A DNA stretch of 53,475 bases, taken from contig JBGQMY010000006.1 of NCBI GenBank assembly GCA_041500865.1, positions 1 to 53,475 of the forward strand, read 5' to 3'. The stretch is from Candidatus Micrarchaeia archaeon (lineage in GTDB: Archaea; Micrarchaeota; Micrarchaeia; Anstonellales; J096). Shown here piece by piece: positions 1-7,851 of this stretch. Numbering within the stretch: position 1 is the first letter of the stretch; the number at the start of each line of letters is the position of its first letter. The notes beneath the pieces are model-generated. The model was not told the origin of the DNA, ran no database searches, and saw only the letters and a program-made list of their open reading frames with translations. Made by a program: the position numbers and the translations under genes.

Positions 1-222
1 CACGGCCTGAAAGGGATAACTATTTACAGGGAGGGTAGCAGATACCCCATACTGTCAACGGCAGGGAAGAAGAGCGAGTTCACGGAGTACAGGGACAAGC
101 TGTTCAAGATAAAGATAAACGGCAGCGAGACGATTGCGAAGGGCGACGACGTCATGATGCTGCCCAATGGGCAGCTGACTACGGTCTACCACGCGATGAA
201 AAGCGGGACGATATCCGGGTGA
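1..222 (+). CDS. nrdJ: C-terminal end of class II (B12-dependent) ribonucleotide reductase catalytic subunit, 5' partial
   Basis: Frame +1 reads HGLKGITIYREGSRYPILST...SG*. GxKGxTxYRxGSR is the RNR C-terminal motif, and a TSCPD partner gene follows directly. Confidence 0.85.
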   Translation, partial: HGLKGITIYREGSRYPILSTAGKKSEFTEYRDKLFKIKINGSETIAKGDDVMMLPNGQLTTVYHAMKSGTISG

Positions 223-226
223 AAAC

Positions 227-838
227 ATGATTGAGCTGAAAACGATGGAGGAAGTGAAAATCAAGACCCTGGTGCCTGTGGAGCTGGCAAGCGAGAAGCT
301 CAACACGCTGAAGAAGGAGCCGAGGCAGGATGTGCTAAACGCAAAGGTCTACAAGCTCAAGAGCTCGTTCGTGGATTACGCGATATACATCACGCTCAGC
401 TACAAGCTGGACGACAACGGAAACAGGATACCGTATGAGATATTCATCAATTCAAAGGACCTGACAAAGTCCGCGGAATACGCCGTTCTGACGAGGTTGA
501 TATCCGCTGTGTTCAGGAGGAGCGAGGACCCGACGTTCATCATAGAGGAGCTGAAGTCAATCTACGACCCCAACGGCGGCCATTTCAAGGAGGGCCGCTA
601 CTACCCATCCATATATGCGGAGATAGGGGACATACTGGAGAAATTCTTCTATGATATAGGCATAATGAAGAAGAAGGAAAGGAAGGGGATGTCTGAGGAG
701 CCATCCTCCCAAAAGAAGGACGAAGTCAACCTTGAGCTCAAGATATGCCCGAAATGCGGCCAGAAGTCGCTGAAGCTGGAGGGCGGCTGCATGTCCTGCA
801 TGAACCCGGACTGCGGGTACTCGAAGTGCGACGAGTAA
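227..838 (+). CDS. TSCPD-domain ribonucleotide reductase subunit (NrdJb-like) with C-terminal zinc ribbon
   Basis: PYEIFINS...LTRLISAVFR TSCPD-like core; ends CPKCG...EGGCMSC...CGYSKC, typical of NrdJ C-termini. Confidence 0.85.
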   Translation: MIELKTMEEVKIKTLVPVELASEKLNTLKKEPRQDVLNAKVYKLKSSFVDYAIYITLSYKLDDNGNRIPYEIFINSKDLTKSAEYAVLTRLISAVFRRSEDPTFIIEELKSIYDPNGGHFKEGRYYPSIYAEIGDILEKFFYDIGIMKKKERKGMSEEPSSQKKDEVNLELKICPKCGQKSLKLEGGCMSCMNPDCGYSKCDE

Positions 839-866
839 CTTTCCTACTAAAAAAGGAGGGATTAAT

Positions 867-1160
867 ATGGTAATTAGAGTGTATGGGAGTGAATTTTGGG
901 AGGAAGCGATAGGAGTTATTGATGAATATTTTGGAAAAGGATATGCGATAAAACACCCGGAGATTGTTGCTAAATTTGCAAATGCCCTCGCATTAGAGCA
1001 TATTTCAAGTAGTATTAATCAAGAGGGCCAACGTATAAGTAAAGAAATTAACGACTTAACTATAGAACTTACACGTTTACAGTTTGCACCGGAAGGAGTG
1101 TCGGATATTGCTTTAGCATTGTCAGAAATTGCAGAAAATATAAAGAAAAAAATGGAATGA
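867..1160 (+). CDS. Hypothetical protein, AT-rich, possibly of phage or plasmid origin
   Basis: 97-aa ORF, AAGGAGG Shine-Dalgarno upstream, ~35% GC by hand count; motif IDEYFGKGYAIKHPEIVA. Confidence 0.65.
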   Translation: MVIRVYGSEFWEEAIGVIDEYFGKGYAIKHPEIVAKFANALALEHISSSINQEGQRISKEINDLTIELTRLQFAPEGVSDIALALSEIAENIKKKME

Positions 1161-1218
1161 AGATATTGGACGCTGCATCCCTTTAAATATTTTTTCCTCC
1201 ATAAAATGGTGTTTAACG

Positions 1219-1294
1219 GGGCCTGTAGCTCAGCTTGGATTAGAGCGATGCTCTCCTAAGGCATAGGCCGTGAGTTCAAATCTCACCAGGCCCG
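1219..1294 (+). tRNA. tRNA-Arg(CCT)
   Basis: Acceptor GGGCCTG/CAGGCCC, anticodon arm ATGCT-CTCCTAA-GGCAT, T-loop TTCAAAT; TATA-like TTTAAATA at ~1182. Confidence 0.95.
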
Positions 1295-1295
1295 T

Positions 1296-2873
1296 TCAAA
1301 GATAATCGTTCATCGACCTCTGCGTCCCGCCTTTCTCGTTGACGTCCCCTCTCTCAATGACCTTTACTGTGTGGCTGGGCCTCTGCTCATCCATTGTCTT
1401 GTGCTCCTTGGCAACCCTTTCCCTGCCCTTGCGCTTCGCCTCAAGCTCGTCGTTAACGACCTCCATGAGGCTGAACATCCTGGATTCCTTCCTCTTGGAT
1501 ACCCAATGATAGGCCTCGTCGCGCGTTCCCCTTGTTATGAGTATGAAAACCTCGCCCTTGTGCGCCCTGCCGGTCCTCCCTCTTCTCTGTATGAGCCGTA
1601 TCTCCGAAGGCACAGGCTCGTAAAATATGACCGCATCTGTGCTGGGTATGTCTATGCCCTCTTCCCCTATGCTGGACGCAACGAGAACGTTGAACTTGCC
1701 GTCGCGGAAGTCCTGCAAGGTCTGCTCCTGCTGCTGCTTGCTGTATTCCTTGCGCTTGCCTATGAAGAAATGCGCGGGATACCCCTTTTTAGTGAGCAAG
1801 TCTGCGAGGTATTTGGCCTGCTCAACGTACTGCACAAAGACCATGCACTTCTTTCCCTTCAGCTCCTTGCCGAACATGGAGACCAGCCTGTCCACCTTTG
1901 GGTGCTCCTCGCCGCTCTCCATCATCCTGTCCATGAGCTGCCTTGCCTCAACGAGCTCCTTGCTCGCAAGAAGCTCGCGGACAGATTTTTTGCCCCCTTT
2001 TTCCCTGGCCATGTCCGTAACGAAGCGGAGCGTGGAAAAGATGCCCTGGGTTTCGAACAGGGTTATTATGTGGTCCAGGTTCAGTATCATTGAATACAGC
2101 ATGAACATCCTGTACTTGGCGTTTGACTTCACCCTTGAGATTACGTTGCCGAGCGCGACGAGCAGCGACCTTTTCATGACCACCGGCAGGCCCATTGAGC
2201 GCAGGGCCTCCACATACCTTGACTCAAGGCCCTTCAGGAGCATCTGGACCCTTTTCATCTCCGGGTCCAGCGAAACATAGACCCAGTTGAACTCCTTTTT
2301 GTGCACATATTCCGAAACATCCTCGTCGTCCTCCTTCCTATACTCAATGTAGTCAATGTCAAGCAGGCTGATTATCTCCATGACCTTTGCCTTGTCGCTG
2401 CCAGGCGACGCGGTCATGCCCATCTTCCTGCATGATTGCGAAAGGCCCTTTGCTATGGGTGCGTATGCATAGTTCCCCGCTGCCCTGTGGCACTCGTCAA
2501 AGATGACAAGGTCGAACGAGGAAAGCAGGTCCGGCTCCTGTTCCGCATCCTTCTCTATCGTCTGCGGCGTGGCAAAAACGTATTTTTTTGAGTATAGCGG
2601 GCTGCGTTCCCCTGCCTTTGTTTCCCCTGTAAGAAGTATGGCGTCGTCCTTGTCGGCGTTTGTCTGGGAAAGGAAGGAGCGCAGGTGCTGCTTGCAGAGC
2701 GGCTTCGTCGGAGCCAGGAAGAGCGCTTTCTTGAATTTGCACATTACGGAAAACGCAAGCAGGGTTTTTCCAAGGCCCGTCGGCAAAACAACCAGCGTAT
2801 TGTAACCAAGGCAGGTTTTTGCAATGTTTTCCTGGTATTTTCTCAAATGCACAAGAAGGGAGAGGGACCCCAT
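1296..2873 (-). CDS. hef: Hef/FANCM-family SF2 helicase (helicase portion only)
   Basis: LPTGLGKT, DECHRAAGNYAY, TASPG, EEGIDIP, QRRGRTGR motifs; no ERCC4 domain; C-terminal PIP-like QRSMNDYL. Confidence 0.9.
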   Translation of the reverse strand: MGSLSLLVHLRKYQENIAKTCLGYNTLVVLPTGLGKTLLAFSVMCKFKKALFLAPTKPLCKQHLRSFLSQTNADKDDAILLTGETKAGERSPLYSKKYVFATPQTIEKDAEQEPDLLSSFDLVIFDECHRAAGNYAYAPIAKGLSQSCRKMGMTASPGSDKAKVMEIISLLDIDYIEYRKEDDEDVSEYVHKKEFNWVYVSLDPEMKRVQMLLKGLESRYVEALRSMGLPVVMKRSLLVALGNVISRVKSNAKYRMFMLYSMILNLDHIITLFETQGIFSTLRFVTDMAREKGGKKSVRELLASKELVEARQLMDRMMESGEEHPKVDRLVSMFGKELKGKKCMVFVQYVEQAKYLADLLTKKGYPAHFFIGKRKEYSKQQQEQTLQDFRDGKFNVLVASSIGEEGIDIPSTDAVIFYEPVPSEIRLIQRRGRTGRAHKGEVFILITRGTRDEAYHWVSKRKESRMFSLMEVVNDELEAKRKGRERVAKEHKTMDEQRPSHTVKVIERGDVNEKGGTQRSMNDYL

Positions 2874-2929
2874 AATTCCACTAATTCATGCCATAATATT
2901 ATAAATTCTTTTAATTATTCTATGTTACT

Positions 2930-3211
2930 ATGGTTACATATAAAATAGTGATTTATGATATAAAATACACAAATAAAAAAGAATATAACAGGACAAAACG
3001 CCTGTTTTATTACTATCTAAAAAAGATAAGAAACGTCAAATACTTGACAAAATCAGCGATAATAACAGACGATGAAAAACCAATACTAAATATTATTTAT
3101 AAATTCAGGATTATAGAAGGATTTGTAATAGAATCTGACAAAATACAGGAAATTAATAGGGGAAGTTTAACCCCCCTCTCTTACGAATCCGCAGACAACG
3201 GGAAAATCTAG
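2930..3211 (+). CDS. Small Cas2/VapD-like (ferredoxin-fold) protein, orphan
   Basis: N-terminal IVIYDI strand, basic helix, then YLTKSAII resembling the Cas2 xxQxSVF strand; ~20-28% GC; overlaps the pheT 3' end. Confidence 0.5.
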   Translation: MVTYKIVIYDIKYTNKKEYNRTKRLFYYYLKKIRNVKYLTKSAIITDDEKPILNIIYKFRIIEGFVIESDKIQEINRGSLTPLSYESADNGKI

Positions 3212-4735
3212 GCCAAAATAATCCAGAACGTCCGGCTTGATGACCCCAACCTCGCCCCAAATTCCCTTTCCTTTGAAGGCCAGCGCCCAGCCGCCTATAT
3301 ATAAATCTTTGAAACAAGGCTCGCCTCCAAAATCGGCCTTGATCCCCTTTTCCCTGAACAGGGTTTTCACCGTGGATATGGCATCCTCTATCTTGACGCT
3401 CCTGTCCGCAATCACGAAACCCAGCTCCTTTGTCTCCTTTCCGTCATATATCCTGTCATATTCAAAAATCCTCATTGGAAGCGGCCGCATCCTGTTTTTT
3501 CCAACAGTCCTAATCAGCTCCACCAAGGTCGTGTTTTTCACTGAATTGAGCTCGTCCGTGAGCGGGTTGGCTATTCCAAGAAGCGCGCCTTTTGAAGGCA
3601 ATATCTTTTTGTATTCCCTTGCGTCGCAAAGGTAGAAATTCTTTGCCTCAACAAACCCCATGCTTTCAAATATCTCCCTTTCGGCATCGGCCTTCCTTGC
3701 CCCGACATGGTAAAAGCTGCCCATATCCGGCGCTATGCTATGGTAGCCGTACCCTACCAGCACGTCTTCTATGACGTCAATGTCCTTGGACATGTCCTTC
3801 CTGTAAGGCGGGATTGTCGCCTTTCCTTTTTCGTACTTTATATTCATCCTGGAAAGGCATTCCTTCATCTTGTTCTCGTCCAGACCAAAGCCGGCCAGCC
3901 TGCTTGCATTTTTCGGGTTCACCCTTATCGTGCCTGGTGCAAGGTCCGGATATGTGGTTCTGCCGACTTTCACGCTGTATATTTTTCCGCCCCTGTCGGC
4001 CAGCGCACATGCGATTATGTTTAAGATGTATTCAAGCGTTTCCCTGCTTGTTCCGGTTATTTCCATAAGGAAATTCCTTGTCCCCTCCTTTACCTTGGTC
4101 CTGTCGCAGTTTATTATCGGAGGAACGGAAATTATGCCCTTTTTGTCCTCAACAACAGGATATTTGCCGTTTTCCACAAGATGGGCGTATGCCTTGCCCT
4201 TTTCATGCGTTTGGAGCATCTTCCCTATCTTTATCTCCTCTGCCATGCCCAGCGGAATGAATTTGCCTTCCTTCACTTCCCTGAACCTCAGCGGGAATTC
4301 CACGCTGTCGAGGTCGTGTATGCCTATGGCCGCCTTCTTTCTCTTGCGCCCCAGCGTTTCGTGGATTTTCTCCTGCGCGTCCATCAGCTCCTCGTAAAGG
4401 TGCTCAGTGTCCTTTACGTCCTTGACGACCGCGCAGACCACGAACGGCCTGCTCCAGTGTTTCGCAATGCTCTTGCTTGGACTGGTTTCCATCGTATATT
4501 TTGGGTCCGTGGCTGCCGAATATCCGTAAAACCTGTTTTTTGAGTACCCTTCCAGCGCCCTTATAATTCCCTCAACCGTCAGGAGGTCAGGCCTGTTTGG
4601 CGTGACCTCAACGACTACGTTGCCTTCCGATATCTCGGTCGGCATGCCCATGCCGTCCATAATGTCCTTTATCCGTTTCTGGTCAAGCCCCGTCTTCTTT
4701 GAAATATAATCAAGGCTGTAAGTGACTACTGCCAT
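3167..4735 (-). CDS. pheT: Phenylalanine--tRNA ligase beta subunit
   Basis: EVTPNRPDLL, QEKIHETLGRKRKKAAIGIHDLD, PPIIN, IPPYRKD...DVIEDV motifs of archaeal PheT. Confidence 0.95.
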   Translation of the reverse strand: MAVVTYSLDYISKKTGLDQKRIKDIMDGMGMPTEISEGNVVVEVTPNRPDLLTVEGIIRALEGYSKNRFYGYSAATDPKYTMETSPSKSIAKHWSRPFVVCAVVKDVKDTEHLYEELMDAQEKIHETLGRKRKKAAIGIHDLDSVEFPLRFREVKEGKFIPLGMAEEIKIGKMLQTHEKGKAYAHLVENGKYPVVEDKKGIISVPPIINCDRTKVKEGTRNFLMEITGTSRETLEYILNIIACALADRGGKIYSVKVGRTTYPDLAPGTIRVNPKNASRLAGFGLDENKMKECLSRMNIKYEKGKATIPPYRKDMSKDIDVIEDVLVGYGYHSIAPDMGSFYHVGARKADAEREIFESMGFVEAKNFYLCDAREYKKILPSKGALLGIANPLTDELNSVKNTTLVELIRTVGKNRMRPLPMRIFEYDRIYDGKETKELGFVIADRSVKIEDAISTVKTLFREKGIKADFGGEPCFKDLYIGGWALAFKGKGIWGEVGVIKPDVLDYFGLDFPVVCGFVREGG

Positions 4736-4752
4736 GCTAACCTATTTACTTC

Positions 4753-5532
4753 TCATTTTTTAATTCTTAGCGTAACCCTTCCCTTTGGGACAAGCGCAGA
4801 GGCCTCCTCTTCGGCGCAATTGAAGTATCCCGCCATTTTCTTCACTGCCTGCTGCTTCTGCATGTTCCCGCCGGGCCTTATCTCCACGCATTTTTCAAAT
4901 CCGGGATTCAGGTTCCACGGCGAGCACGAAACCCTGCCGTCCTTTTTTCCTACGAGCAGGCCCAGCACGGCGTGCTTGTACCATTCCCTTTCCCCGCTTA
5001 TGCCGAACCCGCCCTTCTTCAGGTTGCCCTCGCTGACCGTCTTTGCTATCTGATCTTTCCTTGCGGCGAACACGTCAACCTCGTTGTATCCCAGCTCCCA
5101 TGCGCTGCTGTAGGAGGCGGCGAAGATTGAACACTCCAGCTTTTCCCTTATGCCGGCATTGGCCCCGTCCTTCATGACCGCGACCGCGCCGCCGTGTATG
5201 TCAGCATGGAAGAAAAGGTCCCTGCCCTCCATATGTTTCTTGACGATTTCCTCGTTATCGTCAGCGCTCCTGCCTGCGATGCAGAGCCTGTTGCCGCTGG
5301 TCAAAAAGTGCCTGAACTGCTCGAACCACCCCCTTTTCTGCGCGGGCTCCAGCAAGACGGCCTTTTTTTCCTTCTTTTTGGCGCCCTCCTTCTCCATCTT
5401 GGCTATCCTTTTTTCCACGTCGTTTAGCGCGGCCCCTGCCTTCTTCGCCTTTTCCCCGTACCGCTTGCTTTCCGAGTAGTAGAAATCCGCATTCTGCTTT
5501 GCGTTATGCGCAAGCATGAGCCCTATCCTCAC
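4753..5532 (-). CDS. Short NFACT RNA-binding (DUF814) protein, Rqc2/NEMF C-terminal-like
   Basis: NADFYY, WFEQFRHF, AGRSADDNE, FFHADIHGG, ASYSSAW, GGFGISGEREWY motifs. Confidence 0.85.
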   Translation of the reverse strand: MRIGLMLAHNAKQNADFYYSESKRYGEKAKKAGAALNDVEKRIAKMEKEGAKKKEKKAVLLEPAQKRGWFEQFRHFLTSGNRLCIAGRSADDNEEIVKKHMEGRDLFFHADIHGGAVAVMKDGANAGIREKLECSIFAASYSSAWELGYNEVDVFAARKDQIAKTVSEGNLKKGGFGISGEREWYKHAVLGLLVGKKDGRVSCSPWNLNPGFEKCVEIRPGGNMQKQQAVKKMAGYFNCAEEEASALVPKGRVTLRIKK

Positions 5533-6242
5533 TTCTTTCCAAACCTCCTTTCCCGTTTTGAGTATTCCTGCACCGCTTCCATCACGTCCTTTTCCTCAAG
5601 CTCAGGCCACAGCTTGTCTATGAAATGGAATTCGCTGTACACGGATTGCCACGGCATCAGGCCAGAAAGCCTTTTTTCCCCGGATGTGCGCACTATGAGG
5701 TCGGGGTCCGGCAGCCCTGCCGTGTACAGGTAGCTTGAGAACGTCTTCTCGTCAACCGACGTTATGCCGTCCTTTATTATTTTGTTTATTGCGTCCAGTA
5801 TCTCCTGTCTCCCGCCGTAGCCCATCAGGAAATTGACTGTGTAGGGGCCGTTGCCCTTCGTCAGCTCCATTACCTTCATTATCTCGTCCTGTATGCCCTG
5901 CGGGAACCTTTCAATGCTGCCGAAGAAATTTACCTTCGCCTTCCTTTTCCTCTCGTCTTTCTGCTTTGTGTATTCGTCCATGCCCTTTGTGAGAAATTCG
6001 CTGAACAATGAAAACAGTATGTTTTTTTCCTCGTCGCTCCTGTTGAAGTTCTCTGTGCTGAAGGCCCAGAAGCTGACGACCTCAACGCCCTTTACTTCGG
6101 AAAGCCATTTGACGATGTCGCCTGACTTCCTTATGCCGGCGTCATACGATTCCCTGAACCCCTTGTTGTTCTTCTTGGCCCATCTTCTCAGGCCGTCTGG
6201 TATGAATACGATGTGCCTTGGCGCCCTTGTTTCCTCGCCCAT
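5529..6242 (-). CDS. uppS: cis-prenyltransferase (undecaprenyl/tritrans,polycis diphosphate synthase)
   Basis: HIVFIPDGLRRWA, FSTENFNR, YGGRQEI, PDLIVRTSGEKRLSG, RRFGK motifs. Confidence 0.95.
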   Translation of the reverse strand: MGEETRAPRHIVFIPDGLRRWAKKNNKGFRESYDAGIRKSGDIVKWLSEVKGVEVVSFWAFSTENFNRSDEEKNILFSLFSEFLTKGMDEYTKQKDERKRKAKVNFFGSIERFPQGIQDEIMKVMELTKGNGPYTVNFLMGYGGRQEILDAINKIIKDGITSVDEKTFSSYLYTAGLPDPDLIVRTSGEKRLSGLMPWQSVYSEFHFIDKLWPELEEKDVMEAVQEYSKRERRFGKK

Positions 6243-6277
6243 GGATGGATAACCAGACCAAACTTTAAATAAGTGAT

Positions 6278-6496
6278 GGGACGGGCGGCGTAGCTCCCTT
6301 TCTGTTTATAAGGCGGCATTTGTCTTTGCCAGTCCCTTCAACCCGGCCCCTTGGGCCGTTTCATTCCCTGCCGCATCCTCTCGTTTCCTCATATTCATCG
6401 TCCGCGCGGGATTCCGTTTCTGCTCCCTTGGGGATTTGCACGCCGGTCCGGGAGGGGAACTTCCTCCCTTTCGGGAAGCCGCCCGCTCGCCCGCCC
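6278..6496 (-). ncRNA. rnpB: Archaeal RNase P RNA, compact (~220 nt)
   Basis: Minus strand shows P1 terminal pairing, P2 GGCGGC/GCCGCC, P3 TTCCC-GAAA-GGGAG, CR-I GAGGAAGTTCCCC, CR-II GCAGAAAC, CR-III TGAAAC and CR-V AAACAGAAAGGGAGCTA; TTTTATTAA box ~24 nt upstream. Confidence 0.9.
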
Positions 6497-6536
6497 TGTG
6501 CAATTGCTTTAAGGAAGAGTTAATAAAACGAGGCTT

Positions 6537-6872
6537 TCAGCTGAATGTGCAGTCCGACGCGTCAAACGTCATGCCCGAGCCAAGGAGCAGGCCCAGGAAC
6601 CATGGCACAAGTATGACCATTATCAGTCCAATCAGGGCTCCTATGAACATGCTGTTTGCCCATACGTTCGCGCGCGCCCTTGCCTCCGAGCCGAAGAACT
6701 GGCCGACTGCAAAGACTATGGCCGACATCAGTATCATTATGAAAGCCAAATCGCCGACATAGGAATACAGGTCAGTGCAGAAGCCCTGAAGCGCCGTCTG
6801 CAAGTCCGTTGACTGTGCCATGACCGTTGCGGCCAAAGCGAGCAAGCAAGCAAATGCAAGGGTTTTCTTCAT
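6537..6872 (-). CDS. Small membrane protein, TrbC/VirB2 pilin-like
   Basis: Signal peptide, then two TM helices joined by a GQFFGSEARARANVWA loop; paralog of the adjacent gene. Confidence 0.6.
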   Translation of the reverse strand: MKKTLAFACLLALAATVMAQSTDLQTALQGFCTDLYSYVGDLAFIMILMSAIVFAVGQFFGSEARARANVWANSMFIGALIGLIMVILVPWFLGLLLGSGMTFDASDCTFS

Positions 6873-6882
6873 CCTATCACGT

Positions 6883-7242
6883 TTATGGCGGGCACGCCGT
6901 ATCCAGGCTGAGCTCCGGGGCCAGCACCGATATCAGGAAAGGCACGGCAAGCACGATTATTATGGCCACAAGCACGCCTATTATCATGTTCTGCGCCCAG
7001 CTCTGCGCCTTTGACTTCGCCTCTGCGCCGAACACCTGCCCCACCACATATATGACGCCTGCGAATATTATGACGACGACTATGATTATCGGCAGTATCC
7101 CCTTTAGCCCGTTGTATATCGTGCAGCCCATGTTGGTGAACCTGGAGCCCACGTCCTCGGTTGTTGTTGCCGCAACCATGCCGCATATGATAACCGCCAG
7201 CAAGGCGGCGAACAGAAGTTTCTTGTCCATTTTGAGCACCAA
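6883..7242 (-). CDS. Small membrane protein, TrbC/VirB2 pilin-like (paralog)
   Basis: Signal peptide, two TM helices, GQVFGAEAKSKAQSWA loop; SD-like GGTG and TATA-like TTTAAA upstream. Confidence 0.6.
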   Translation of the reverse strand: MVLKMDKKLLFAALLAVIICGMVAATTTEDVGSRFTNMGCTIYNGLKGILPIIIVVVIIFAGVIYVVGQVFGAEAKSKAQSWAQNMIIGVLVAIIIVLAVPFLISVLAPELSLDTACPP

Positions 7243-7278
7243 TTTTCCTAATTGAACACAAAACCTTTAAAACGATAT

Positions 7279-7806
7279 CTAAATCCCTTTGCCACATCTC
7301 CTTATTGCTTTGTATGTCTTTTGGAGCGCCCTGTCCGATATCGGGCCGCCCTTAAGATGCTCTTCTGCGGCTGCCAGCGCCGCCTCATCATGCGGCCCAA
7401 TCATCACAACGTCGCTTCCGCCGGCGCCGCTTCCCTTCTTCAATTCCGCAACCCTCCTTTTCAGCTCCCTGCTCCAGCCATGCCTTGGCCCAAATTTCTT
7501 GCTGTTGTCTTCTTCGTCTTCGCCGGGAAACGGCCAGCCAAGCCTTTTGAATATTTTTTCCAACCCATCTTCCGTGCTTCTTTTCAACGACCTGCCTCCA
7601 GACAGCTCCTCCAATGCCTTTTGCAGCACAGCCGAGTCTTTTGCGCTGCCTTGGAAAGGCTCGGACGAGGCAGTGTGCGAGAATTGCTCAAAGTTTGCCT
7701 TAATTGTTGAATAAATCGCCTATATCCTGGTCGACCTGATATCCGTCTTTTTCTTTTGCCTCTGGCCACTTATCTGCCTTGCATGCCTGGCGTCCTTTAT
7801 CATCAT
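7279..7806 (-). pseudogene. Hypothetical gene interrupted by an in-frame TAG (7722-7720)
   Basis: ATG at 7806, with TTTAAAA ~25 nt upstream, is in frame with the 7279..7629 ORF; a single amber stop lies at codon 29. Confidence 0.45.
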
Positions 7807-7851
7807 GGGTCCTTTGATGAGAAAAACACTTTTTAAATCTATTTCACACAG

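Noticed and set aside
2874..3166. Replication origin (AT-rich unwinding element)
   Set aside because: No ORB-like repeats or cdc6/orc1 gene nearby, and the region holds a plausible ORF.
2930..3211. CRISPR-Cas locus (Hef as Cas3 plus Cas2)
   Set aside because: The helicase has Hef/FANCM motifs and no HD domain; the window has no cas1 or array.
6306..6523. Short ORFs in the uppS-pilin gap
   Set aside because: They overlap the RNase P RNA.
7720..7722. Genome-wide amber recoding or pyrrolysine
   Set aside because: TAG terminates conserved genes at their expected ends, and no pyl genes are seen.
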